From contig NC_134030.1 in NCBI RefSeq assembly GCF_964204645.1, forward strand, positions 11,739,947 through 11,803,946: a DNA stretch of 64,000 nt, read 5' to 3'. Source of the DNA: Tubulanus polymorphus. Its lineage: Eukaryota > Animalia > Nemertea. The notes beneath the pieces are model-generated. The model had not been told where the DNA came from. It made no database searches and saw only the letters and a program-made list of their open reading frames with translations. Shown piece after piece: positions 1 through 11,649 of this stretch (positions are counted from its first letter, which is position 1; each line of letters begins with the position of its first letter). The translations under genes and the position numbers were made by a program.

Positions 1-21
1 TCATATATTTTGACTATAAAA

Positions 22-1918
22 ATGAGTGAAAATAAGGTATTAGAAATATTACATCTAATATATAAAAATCAACAGAATATTAAATCAATTATAATGATTT
101 CAGGTTTATTTTCTTTCTCAATTTACTCATTAAAACAGTTGTTAGAATTTTATGATAGCTGTAAAATTAGATACGCTGAATTGAGAGATAACATAAATTA
201 TATTTCAGATAGATTGAATAATATTAAATGCTGTGAAATATGCAATAACTAGAAGAAACTTTAAAAGAGGACGTTCGTTTGTGAAACGCATGTAGACCCA
301 GACACCTCCCACATTGATTGGAAAATTTGAATACCGGCTAGTCAAGTGTCATCCTACTGCGTCATTCAAAAATTATTCTTTGGAATTCAAAAATCTAGGA
401 ATCAACCATAAATTCTGCCATAAGTTTTACATCTATTCAAAAAATTGAGTAGGAGGCCGGTGAAGGTTTTAATGTTTTAAGTTAGTTCTCGTGAGACTGA
501 ATGCAAGTGGATTTCAAAAAATTGAGTAGGAGGCCGGTGAAGGTTTAACGTTTTAAGTTAGTTCTCGTGAGACTGAATGCAAGTGGATTTAGGGGTTGGA
601 CTAGTCCTACCCTTCAGAAGCAAAAATAAATCCAAATGGCATAAAATACCCCTTTTGGTCCTATATATTCGGAGGGCCAAAGGAACCCCACCAATGTTTG
701 CCTTGCACTTAGATAACCATAAAATAAAAGTAGTCAGGAAGTATTAATGGCAAGAAAACTTGAGTAAAATATTTATCAAACACATTTTATAACAGGATGT
801 GATCTGTAGTCAAATGTGTGTCTGCCAGATGATGTTTCTTCTAGGCTGTTTATATCCTAGAAATTAAAAAAAAACAAAAACAACGACAATAGATATTTCA
901 ATACATACATGTCCCCTGGACAAGAATTATTTCAGAGAGAGTCTACAAACGTGAATACTTGATTGTACAATCTAATGGCATATCAGTTGGCTCCAGTTGA
1001 AAAATCATTGGACAAAAGAAAAAATCAAAAAAAGTTTTGGCGCCAAAAAATATAATTTGTAGCCAGGTTTGTTTACACATATGCGCGATGCACGTGGTTA
1101 TATTATTGTTTACATCTGACGTCATCGGCAGATCGCAAGCCCCGCCCCACGTGTCAATCAAATGGCTTATAGGCAAAATGTTAAAAGAACCCTACTAAAA
1201 AACTATGCAGTGTAACAATCCGGGATTTTCGGTACAGAATCCGACGCCAAATACCTTTCTCTTAAAGATTTTTTGGTGTATATCGGATAAATAATAATTA
1301 TGATATTCACTTCATAAAATTTGAAGTGGATTGCTTCTGATTCATGGCGGCTGTATTTAGTCACGTAGGTCAAACTGACAGCATGTGTGTGCGTGTCGAG
1401 CGGACCAATGCGTAATTTTCAATGCTGCGAACGTCTCTAGATTCTCACAGGGCCTCTATGCGCTCACAAAGAATTAAGTTAAGTCACCATATATGTTGAC
1501 ACTCACCTTTAAAGAGACTTCGTACGGTCCTCTAAAGTTAACATCCACGATACAACGATTTAAAAAATGGCACTTCTGTCGATCACTATACCCTCTACGT
1601 CATCATAAGCAACACGTGATGTGTGATGTCACATAAACGGCATGAAGAGCATTTTTGCAAGAGGGCACGGCAAAAACTAACCAACTATTTTTAACCAAAT
1701 TCAATCCCAACTTGAAGACACCATTTCTGATGCGGAGTTTGAGGAAATCTCTAACTAACTGGCTTTAAGACGACCTTAAACGTATGTCAACCAAATCGGA
1801 AGTGCGTCATCAACCGGCAAACCGATCACATAAGGACGTTCGTCTAACGAACGTCCTACAAAGTATAAAAATGAAAAATCATTAAGGAATCACACGTATA
1901 TTCATGAATTAGATGATA
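22..1918 (+). pseudogene. Small TM/coiled-coil + C2H2 zinc-finger protein ORF (virus-like), split by a 1.6-kb HINE insertion
   Basis: 22-249 encodes MSENKVLE...CCEICN. After the insertion, about 1860-1918 encodes KYKNEKSLRNHTYIHELDDRFHNSN*. The two parts together match the intact inverted paralog at 10694-10999 along its whole length. Confidence 0.8.
248..1859 (-). mobile_element. Helentron-associated interspersed element (HINE/DINE-1-like)
   Basis: On the minus strand the 5' end has a subTIR+IR hairpin (AGGACGTTCG..CGAACGTCCT, about 1833-1857). A second subTIR lies near 268-277 and the element ends CTAGTT, inserted at an AA/TT site with no TSD. Internal ~76-bp duplication at 440-590. The flanks rejoin into one ORF. 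Confidence 0.75.
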
Positions 1919-1959
1919 GGTTTCATAATTCAAATTAAGATATATGATATTTCATAATA

Positions 1960-2890
1960 CCCCCTTATGTCTTTATTGTCTTTAGTAGGCTTAGTACTTT
2001 TAGTACATAAAGAATAAATCTTTATTTTATTAGTAGTTGAAAAATAAAATTCTATGTACAATTAAAATAAAGATTTATTCTTTATGTACTAAAAGTACTA
2101 AAACTACTAAAGATAATAAAAGCACAACCAAACACACATAGATTCATCATATATATTTGATTCAGTAATAAATATCATATATTTATTATATAAATTTGAT
2201 TCAATAATGATAAATATAATATTTATTTATCTCACAGATTTATTATATATTACTGTTTCAATAATGATAAATATCATAGATTTATTACATATTACTGTTT
2301 CAGTAATAATATTATTCATCTCACAGATTTATTATATGTGTTTTTTAATTTCTAAGTACTAATGAAATAAAGATTTATTCTTTATGTACTAAAAGTACTA
2401 AAGACATAAAGACACAAGGGGGTATAATATTAATATTCATATTAATATTCATATTTACTTTTATATCAAATAAAAGAGGCACATTTTCGTATTCATATTC
2501 TTTAACTAATATATTTTATATTTTCAGCTAATATATTTTATATTTCCAACACTGGAAAAGTATAAATCATATTCAATTATATATTTACTTTTATCATTAT
2601 TAAAAGAGTAATACAATGAATCCTGTAGGATCTTAAACTGTTTAAGTATTAAATTGCGTAGATTGTATATTCATAAACTAAATTATAAATTAAGAATAAG
2701 ACTGTTAAATTGGCTGAAAATATAAAATATATTGGCTAAAAATATAAACCATTAGTTAATTAAAAAAGCAGGGTTTAGATATCAATAGAAATCAAAAAGA
2801 TTCAAATAAAAAACAATAAGTTAAATAAGTTAGTATTAGATAAAGTAACTTATTGTTTTTTTATTTAAATCTTTTTGATTTCTATTCAGG
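1960..2890. repeat. Very AT-rich region with several nested inverted repeats
   Basis: TAGTACTTTTAGTACATAAAGAATAAATCTTTATTT (about 1992-2028) is inverted at about 2064-2100 and 2364-2400. 2500-2550 is inverted relative to 2710-2755, and 2765-2830 relative to 2845-2888. Confidence 0.7.
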
Positions 2891-3079
2891 CTATTGGTTA
2901 AAAAGAATACACTCTCCCCAACCTTTGACTTGAACCTCCATATTCCCTATTACTTTTCAGTACTTTTATGTGTTTAATTCTTATAAAAGTTACGAGTAAT
3001 TAACGAGTGAAATAATTCATGTTTAAATCAGTGAATATTTATATTTATGTGTTAAATTTCTGATTTTAGCTGTGATTTT

Positions 3080-5101
3080 AGTCATAAGTGACTATTTCAC
3101 TAGCTGGGGTAGAAGCTTAACCCTTGCCAAATCAAGAAGCTGAGACGGTGGCTTGCATTCTGGTCACAGAGTTTATCTGTCTTTCTGGCATACTTCGTAT
3201 GTTGCACAGTGACCAGGGCGCTAATTTTCAGTCCAGACTAATGTCAGAATTATGTCCGATTCTCGAGATGAAGAAAACTAGAACCACAGTCTACCACCCT
3301 TGTTCTGATGGTTTGGTCGAAAGATATAATCGAACACTATTAGATGGTCTGGCAATAACAGTGAACAAGAACCAGTCAAACTGGGATGAACAGATTCCGT
3401 TTATCACCATTACTTACTGTTCGTCCGTCCAAGACAGTACCGACTTCAGCCCTAATAATTTAATGTTTGGCAGAGAAGTGAATCTGCCTATTGGTATAAT
3501 CTTTGGCGGCCCTATCACAAACGTATCTGTGCCAATCAAAACTTATAGCCTGGAGCTACAGGACAGGTTAAGATCAGCGTTTCATCAAACTCGCAAACAC
3601 CTGGCTCTCAGAGCAAAACGCAACAAGAACAAGAAAATTAACTTTAATAAATTATTTGACGCCTGCGAAAAAATGTAGAATTTCTGGTATAAGCTAATGT
3701 GGAATTGCAAATTTGAAATCGAAGTTTTAAGAAATTTCGGGAATTATGAGATTTGCCGATTGGGTAGATGATACAGTCTTCGACTGGTCTAATTTAAAAA
3801 AAAATTGTCAACTTGTGACTTCGATTCACTTTTGCCTCTGAGCTGGTCTGCAACTTCATTGCCTCCATAGTTGAAGAAAGAGCTCTTCTGATGTCTGCTT
3901 CATCATGACTTTGAGCATATAGCGTGTAGCCAGCCAGCCCGATCCTGGGGCCCGGTCTGGCTGTCACTTGATATCCTAGACTTGAGTCTGGGTAGAAGTA
4001 GACATTGTCATATAATTAACTTATTCATGTTATTCTGTATGGATTACCCGTGTATCTTGTATTTTCTTATTTTAAAATTTGTAAATGTATTGATTTTTTG
4101 AATTTTATCCCGGAATTTCAATGTAATAAGGATCAATAAAGTATTGAATTTAATTGTCACCTTATACACATGCTTTCAGTGGACGCGGAGCCGTATATGA
4201 CAGCTATGCTATTATAAATTGCTAATCTCATGAAACCTGCATACGTCTAATATCGAACATATTTTCTAAAACATTTGAATATTGAAATTATATGTTTACA
4301 CGTTTTTATATGGACCGCTTGTAGCCGCCGATGAAATTCACGCCGGCCCAACTCAGATCGTAGATATAGCTTCGTCATTCCACTAGCATCCCCATGTCAG
4401 GGTCTGACTTTTATATCAGACTTCCAAATCGTGTATACATCCGCCATTTAACCGAATAATCCGATTTACTTATCATTTCTATTTATCCCTGCCGCCCCTG
4501 ATATAAACATACATCCTTTACTATTACAATACGTCTTCTCATGATATTCAATGCGATATAACATTTCAACGTTCAAATAGAGGTCATTATATAATCCCAG
4601 GGAGCCATTCTACATCTTTATCAATAATATTTTGCCAAATAGCTTGTATGTGTACACATAAACCTGTGACGTTTTGCACATCGATTTACGGTTGTCGTTT
4701 GTAAAATGACGCTGAATGGTTATCATTGTTTAGGTTTCATAATGGTAACGTTTTATAAGGCGTCAAAAAACTACGACAAGAAGGCCCATGGTCAGAGGTA
4801 CAGAGTTGGCGATCTGGTCTGGGTACACAAACCAGCAGTCAAGGCAGGCCGATCGTCAAAATTGTCGTGTCATTGGCATGGGCCGAATGTCATCAAGAGT
4901 TTGTTTAACGATGTCGTTCACGAAATCTCTGAACCTGGTGCTCACAGATCGATAAAAGTCAATTATGATCGGCTAAAGCCATATGTTTCGGAGCCGCCTG
5001 TCGCTGATGATGTTGAAACGCAGACCCTGCAACAGCCAGTCGTAACATCCTCGGGCCGGCAGACGAGACGCCCAGATCGCTTCGGCGAATGGCTTTTATA
5101 A
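3080..5101 (+). mobile_element. Gypsy LTR-retrotransposon integrase remnant (rve core + GPY/F C-terminus), interrupted
   Basis: DYFTSWVEA*PLPNQEAETVA..LHSDQGANFQS..TTVYHPCSDGLVERYNRTL..SPNNLMFGREV. It resumes after an insertion with NYDKK..GDLVWVHKP..KLSCHWHGP..VNYDRLKPY..SSGRQTRRPDRFGEW. Confidence 0.9.
3622..4764 (-). mobile_element. HINE-like insertion in the Gypsy integrase
   Basis: SubTIR TTGACGCCT at about 3656 and AGGCGTCAA at about 4758. The minus-strand end is CTTGTT. Removing it restores AKR(Q)KNYDKK. It may carry a LINE 3' tail (AATAAA + TTGAA near 4135-4150). Confidence 0.65.
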
Positions 5102-5131
5102 GCCTTAATAATTCAGGCTGCTGATTAATAC

Positions 5132-8100
5132 TTGTATGTATTTTTATTTTCCAGTACTATGAAGTCGGAAATTGAAAAATCGTCGTGTAAATACTGCAAT
5201 GGCAGGTTCGCTATTTCAACGAGCCGAAGCAGACATCTGCGGGTATGTGAAAAAAAACCCGATCGTGAGAATGAAAATTTTCGATGTAAGATCTGCAACT
5301 ACTCGTCCGGAGCATACGATACCACCCACACGCATATCAAAAAGAAACATCGAGACGATATCATTGATACAGTAACCCATGCATAAGTCGGATCGACAGA
5401 AGTCGGATAAACGAACAAGTCGTATACTATCTACAGGTCCCGTTTTTTCCTTCTTATTTTCAAATAAATTTCTGTCTCAAAGTCGGATTTTACAAGTCGG
5501 AAACTTGCCTATGTCGTAGTGATAAGCTTGGTCCGAAAATAAAAAATCTATTCAAAACAATATCTCAAAGTCGGATCGTTTTTTTGTTGTCCCTTCTTGC
5601 CTTTACCGATAATTCTACTCTCACCATTGCATACGCTACCGGCGCGACAGTGAGGCGAGACGTCGTATCGATTTGTTGGAGATTTAATACACGTACATGT
5701 AGTTCACTCGGCCAGCAGCTCATTGCACTAAGACAAAGCCTATAGTTAAGTGTAACGTACGGCAATGATCAGTATGTCTAAAAGAAAGTTAACAACAAAA
5801 ACGTATGAAGAAAAGTCCTAAATATGTAAATTCTATCACAAGAATCCAGGGATGAAGAAGTAAGAAATTGCAGCTAAATTTGGTATTCCACCACAGAATT
5901 TAACAGATATTTTGAAGAACAAACAGGCTATATATGACAGATTATATATGACAATTAAAAAACAGGCTATATATGACAGATTATATATGACAATTTCAAG
6001 CGACGCAAGATGTTGACGCAGCTCTAATTCTATGGTTTCGTCAAAATATCAATAATCCAAACTTAAGAATTGATGGTGAAATTCTCCTCGCCAAAGCTAA
6101 CTTTTTTGCTAAAGAATTTGATTACGGCGATGTTGCAGTCTCTATGGGTTGGATCGACCGTTTCAAGAAGAGATGGGGCATTGTTAAAATTAAAGAATCG
6201 GGAGAATCAGGTGGTGTCGACACCCAGGTTGTAAAAGAATGGCAAGATGAGGTCCTGAAGGAAATTTTGGAAAAATATGAGCCAAAAGATATATTCAACG
6301 CGGACGAGACAGGCGTATTTTGGAAAATGTTTCCAGAGAAGTCATTAGGTTTCAAAGGTGACAGCTACCATGGTGAAAAACAGGCAAAAAATGCGGATTA
6401 CAGCATTAGTGTGCTCGAATATGGGCGGAAGTGAAAAACTCCCGTTATTTTGTATTGGTAAAGCAAAAAAGCCTAGATGCTTTAAAAATGTCCATACATT
6501 GCCCGTAGAGTATGATACTAATCGAAAGGCGTGGATGACTAGTCAAATATTTGATGTTTGGGTGAGAAAATTGGATAGAAGAATGCTAATACAGTGAAGA
6601 AAGATCTGTTTAGTTATAGACAACTGTACGGCTCATCCGCATCTGGAAGGATTAGATAACATCGAACTAGTTTTCCTGCCCCCTAATACAACCTCTATAA
6701 GCCAGCCTATGGATGCTGGTATCATTAAAAAATATGAAGTTCTTCTACCGAAAAACCATGGCTTTGAAGAGATTGGATGCAGCTGAGCGTAAAGTAGACT
6801 TTGCGTGGACCCTCCTGGCGCTATCATTACTCTGCGAAATGCATGGCTCCAGGTTACCAAGGAAACTATCGTTAACTGTTGTCGGAAATGTGGATTTTCG
6901 GAAGCTGGACAAACTGGTGATGAACTTCCCGTCGAAAGTTCTGATCCAATAGACGACGATCGCGCCCAGTTCCAGGAAATGTTGGATCGGTTTTCAGTAG
7001 CAACACATGTACCTCAGCCGACCATTGATCAATACGTCGACATAGAATACTACTCGCATGTGCGCTAGAATCAAGTAATGTGCGAGTAGTATTCTATCTG
7101 ATAGCGAAATAGTGGATTTCGTGCGGGATTCTACGTTGGAGGCTGATGAAGAGGAACGATGACAGACAGACAGATATTCATCCAGTCAGCACATCAGAAG
7201 CCTTTGATGCGCTCAGTAAAATCCGTGGTTATGTTTTGGCCAGCAAGGGAATAAACTACGATGACGAACTCGATTGTTTGTACAAACTTGAAACTTTCGT
7301 CTCCAAAGAACAGCACAAACGTGCTAGACAATCAACCATTTCGGAGTTTTTCAAACCTGTTTAGAGCTCAGATTGGATATTTTAACGACCATACACCAGG
7401 ATATATTGTATATTGCTTGGATTTCATGAATAAATAAGTAAAGACGTGAGTTACATTCATTTTCCTTGCTTTATTTTTCGTTCAGTTTTGGATACATTTT
7501 GCCATGGATAAGTCAGATTTTTCTCCTTCTTGGTGAAAAATCCGACTTGTCCATAGTCGGATTTTTTATACTGGTCCCAAATGATCCGACTTATGCATGG
7601 GTTACTGTAGAAGCATTTTAGAATTGATTACATCGGATGATTTAGCACCGATTGACGACGTGTCTGTTTCGGAGCCAGTTTTTCCGGATGTGTCAGGTCC
7701 CGCTGCCACCGAAGACCTCGTTTTTGAATTTTGTTGCGGCCGAGGTAGCCAAGCGAGGCGAACCATCAATACAGAAAGCAGCCGTCACGCCTGAACGCCG
7801 TGTGGTTACAAAGAACCCCGTTATTGACAATATTTTAGCCACATCCGCACTTCCGTTCATCACCCCGTCATCAGAACTACAGAAACCTGCGACCATTTCT
7901 CGACCTTCCGTCACTCCGTCATCCGAATTACAGAAACCTGCGACCATTTCTCAACCTTCCGTCACTCAGTCATCAGAATCACAGAAACCTGCAACTATTT
8001 CTCAACCTTCCGTCATTCCGTCACCAGAACTCACTTATCCGAATGTCAAGAAACATGTACATTCCATGTACATGTCCACCATCGAAATTATGTACCACCC
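5132..8100 (+). pseudogene. Extra ORF downstream of the Gypsy integrase: two C2H2/C2HC zinc fingers, an acidic linker and a Ser/Pro/Thr repeat region, split by Tigger
   Basis: CKYC..RHLRVC and CKIC..HIKKKH. Removing 5370-7607 plus one TA joins DIID to RSILELITSDD in frame. It continues after a frameshift into three 60-bp repeats (TPSSELQKPATISQPSV, about 7860-8030). Confidence 0.6.
5370..7607 (+). mobile_element. Full-length Tigger/pogo (Tc1/mariner) DNA transposon with decayed transposase
   Basis: 25-bp TIR CAGTAACCCATGCATAAGTCGGATC at both ends and TA TSD. Transposase about 5774-7364: CENP-B HTH (GWIDRFKKRWGI), [41 protein letters not shown]-terminal RQSTISEFF. Several stops and frameshifts. 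Confidence 0.95.
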
Positions 8101-8449
8101 AGATGATCTACCTCTAGTGTATATTCTTGATGTGCCGAGAAATTGCCGGACTTTCTCAATGACTAGCGGAAAAGACCGGACAGTAGCTACACACTCTCGG
8201 CCAATTAGAGCCTTTGTTTTTGTTGTGACATCACGCCGCGCGTCTATATAAGTGTGACAGTTCGGCTGCACAGCAATAACAACTTGGTAGTCAACTTACG
8301 TCAAGTTATAAAGCAAGCAAACTGAAGATATTTCTGAAGATCGGCTAACTGACTACCTTTATTCGGTGAGCGAATTGTATAGAGAATTGCATAGAACATG
8401 GTTAGATTTAAATTATATTTCTAACGACAGCGTATTATAAGCTACTTTG

Positions 8450-8900
8450 TCATGGATGTTGACATATGGGAATCGTTTTTCAGACCCTTTTTGCTTTTCA
8501 AGCATTCAGCTTTGAGATGCTTCAGCTAATCGTCGTGAAGTATCGTATATAGATGGAATCAAATAACTTTATGGTGAAGCATGTCCCTGTGAAGCAATGA
8601 TGCTTCGAAGCTTTCACTTTTTAGATGCTTCAACTACAATTATCATGAAGATAGAGAAATTCAAATTATCGTGTACATAGACTAGAGATCTCAGCTTATG
8701 TGATGCGAAGCACGTTTCTTAAAGCGTCAAGCTTTCCAGCTTTGAGATGCTTCAAACTTCATTTCGAATTTTATACAGCTTTGCTGAATAGTTACTTCGG
8801 CGAAGTCATCTGAAAGCATGATTCGAAGCTTTCTATCTGAGATCCTTATTTCAAAGCATCTGAAGCATTTCTTGCTTCAACTCTGAAGCTGGATGAACTT
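8450..8900. repeat. Degenerate GAAGC/GCTTC-rich repeat tract (probably subterminal repeats of a decayed DNA transposon)
   Basis: Repeated AGCTTTGAGATGCTTCA, CGAAGCTTT and TGAAGCAT motifs in both orientations. Confidence 0.4.
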
Positions 8901-9065
8901 TCTCACTTTCTCTCTGGCATTGATAGCCTATTGTAGCTGATATTGCGATTTCCATCCGTCACCATGATATTTTATTGCGATTTTCGCAATACATGTATTT
9001 ATAATAATTGGTTAAACCTCTTAGAACGAGGTTGAGTGCAGCTGGTATGTATTTTTCCATAGTCA

Positions 9066-9690
9066 TGTACTATGGAAATGTCCTGTTGATGGTGTATTTA
9101 TCGACCTAACAAATGGCCTAATGGCATGGCTATTGTATATATATTTTCTACACTGCGAATCTGTTATGTTTTCGGGAAGCTGGGCACATCTGAAGAAGGA
9201 ACATGAGGAGAGGAGTCGCATCATTCGTGATTTTGTTTTTATTAGTTCGAGACTGTGAGGTTGAAGATATGTGAGGTCTAGACTAGTTGTTGCGAGATAT
9301 CCTGCGAGATTGTACGGGGAGACGAAATTGTGCAACGGAACGCACTTGGAACGCGGTCCATCAAGGGGTGGGGCTGGGGGTAGTTATTCTGGCCAGATAA
9401 CCTGGAGTCATGGGGAAAGCAGGAGCAACAGCAGTGGAGTTGACAAACCTTTTTTATGTGATGGACCGGTAAAGTCGGCTTTTAGCGAGTCCAAATCCGT
9501 ATTTTAGTGACCCCGTACTGTGTGGGGATTTTTTTGTTCTCTTTTGGCGTGGTAATAAAAGAAAGAAGACGTTAGGTAAATCTCGGCGTGGTCTTTGATT
9601 AATTTAGAGGTTCTTTGGAAACGATTATTCCCCCTTTCTTGATTGAGCCAACGAAAGAGGAGATTTCACAAATGGTGGCAGCGTACTGGG
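9066..9690 (+). mobile_element. Orphan 5' LTR with primer-binding site
   Basis: ...TTTCACA (9670) is followed by TGGTGGCAGCG (9673), the same PBS as the Gypsy element at 34899. AATAAA near 9554. The LTR start is approximate. Confidence 0.55.
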
Positions 9691-10069
9691 ATTTTTAGAA
9701 CCTTAAAACTGTGGAAATATTGAGTCGAAGCGAACGTATAGTCTGTGTAAATTCTCTCACGGAAAGACGGAAAGTTGTCGGTTTATTTACGGCCACTGAT
9801 ATTAATCTGGTGTCTAATTAATTTGCCACTGTCTGTTGAGTTAACCTCCAGTGTTATCAGTGTAGGCCTAAGTTTGGATATTGTATATTTTTATTTATCA
9901 CTTCTCGTATCCAATAATGTCGGTACCGCATAACATAGATGGGGGATGGGGGTTCGTCTCGGAAGAAAAACCTTAAAATGCGGCTCCATCATGAGGCTTA
10001 TCATGCAGTCGAATTTACAGTCACGTTCCATAATTCAATGAATTTCTTTGCTTTATCTAATTGATCCAA

Positions 10070-10655
10070 ATATAATTTCATATCAAATTTTCTTTCTTTT
10101 CGAGTGGTCTTAGATGGTCTTACAATTCCAAATTAACTTTTTTATTATAATTATCATCCATATCAAACTTAGATATTGGTAACACGTGATCAATATGAAA
10201 ATAATTTCCATAATTATCTTTATTCATTTCATCATCGAACTGATATATAATCCATGATTTTAAGAATTCATCTGTACAACCCAATAAATTTGTTAGTGTG
10301 TATGAGTTTTTGTCTTTACTGAATGATTGTGTTAATCTAACACCTAGACATTTTCTTATTTTGAAATAAAAATCTGTTTTATACCTTTCTCTTTGATAAT
10401 TATTATAATACTTATAATATTCTCTATTATTTGCTTGATATTGCTTAATCTTATCTTTGCGTGTTTCAGCATTATTTCTATAATTTTGTTTGTCACTTAG
10501 TTTACTACAAGTTTTACATAACTATGTTTACCATCTTTCTGAGTTTTATGATTATAATATTCTGATAATGATTTATTCATTTTACACTTCCAACATTTCT
10601 TATAGTAAAGATTAACAACACTATGCGTAATATTTATAGTTTGTGGTTGTTCCAT
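10070..10655 (-). pseudogene. Decayed HNH endonuclease of giant-virus/Polinton type (N-terminal Zn ribbon + HNH)
   Basis: Manual translation: MEQPQ..KKCWKCKMNKSLSEYYNHK..DGKHSY (frameshifts)..ERYKTDFYFKIRKCLGVRL..NLLGCTDEFLKSWIIYQFDDEMNKDNYGNYFHIDHVLPISKFD..HLRPLEKKENL. The LLGC..W..QF..M..NYG..HIDH..P..F..LRPL..ENL pattern is the one I recall for NCLDV endonuclease-VII-like HNH proteins. Absent from the ORF track. Confidence 0.75.
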
Positions 10656-10693
10656 TTATTATACGTATTTTTATTAAAATATCATTAGAAAAC

Positions 10694-10999
10694 TTAATTT
10701 GAATTATGTAATTTTTCATCTAATTCATGAATATATCTATGATTTCTCAAACTCTTTTCATATTTATATTCTTTATTGCATATTTCACAGCATTTAATAT
10801 TATTAATTCTATCTGAAATATAATCAATGTTATCTTTTAATTCCGCGTATCTGATTTTACAAGAATCATAGAATTCTAACAACTGTTTTATACTATAAAT
10901 TGAAAAAGAAAATAAACCTGAAATCATAATAATTGATTTAATATTCTGTTGATTTTTATGTATTAGATGTAATAAATTTAATACCTTACTTTCACTCAT
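10694..10999 (-). CDS. 101-aa virus-like protein with a hydrophobic segment, coiled coil and C2H2 finger
   Basis: Intact intronless ORF with CEICNKEYKYEKSLRNHRYIH. Paralog at 22-1918. Confidence 0.65.
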   Translation of the reverse strand: MSESKVLNLLHLIHKNQQNIKSIIMISGLFSFSIYSIKQLLEFYDSCKIRYAELKDNIDYISDRINNIKCCEICNKEYKYEKSLRNHRYIHELDEKLHNSN

Positions 11000-11079
11000 T
11001 TCTATAGTTAAAATATATAAAATAAATTAAATTAAAAGATGCTGTTTTAATCCTCCAAATCATTTAAATCATTAACTTT

Positions 11080-11265
11080 TTAATGATTATTTTTTCTGTG
11101 ATTGTTTCCATTTAACTTCTCTAACTTTTTACTCAATTTAATATTTTCATTCATTAGATCTCTACTTATATTCTCATAGTAAAAGAAAAGCGCAGCCAAT
11201 ACTAACCCACCTGCTATAAGATAATGTTTTAAATCACTTTTCCCAGTTGGAATGAAACCATCCAT
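11080..11265 (-). CDS. 61-aa single-TM + coiled-coil micro-protein (virus-like)
   Basis: YLIAGGLVLAALFFYY TM segment followed by LMNENIKLSKKLEKL. Start context AATAAATGG is identical to that of the HNH ORF. Confidence 0.5.
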   Translation of the reverse strand: MDGFIPTGKSDLKHYLIAGGLVLAALFFYYENISRDLMNENIKLSKKLEKLNGNNHRKNNH

Positions 11266-11370
11266 TTATTAAAGAAAAAAAATTAAAATTAATTTAAAAT
11301 ATCTTATTTTGAATATTAATATTTAGAGTTGAATTATTATTTTTGAGTTATGATATTTGAAACATACAGC

Positions 11371-11645
11371 TTAATCTTTTTTCAATAAATATTTATTATT
11401 CTTTTCATATTCGATATGTTTAACTGTTTGATAATTTTTTGATTTATGTGATTTTAAATATTTACCTCCACAATCACAATACACTTTTTCATTAGGATTG
11501 AATTTTCTAAGTTCATCATCTAAATTACATTGAACTGCAATATCTTTATATGAATTATTATTAACTGATTCACATTGAATACCAATATTTGATGAATTTT
11601 CATTATAGATAATTTGTTTATTATCAAAATAGTCTCTCCCTGCAG
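11371..11645 (-). pseudogene. C-terminus of a virus-like protein with a CxCG..K..KH zinc finger; N-terminus cut by the hAT insertion
   Basis: EKVYCDCGGKYLKSHKSKNYQTVKHIEY. The first ~35 aa of the ORF-track protein derive from the hAT terminus. Confidence 0.55.
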
Positions 11646-11649
11646 AGGG

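Noticed and set aside
3080-5101. Integrase as the Polinton integrase of the adjacent virus-like region
   Set aside because: The motifs (HSDQG, GPY/F module, GRQTRRPDRF tail) and the higher GC content are Gypsy-type.
9985-10025. Second hammerhead-like motif (ATCATGAGGCT..AGTCGAATT)
   Set aside because: The core is mutated at both CUGAUGA and GAAA; at most a dead Penelope remnant.
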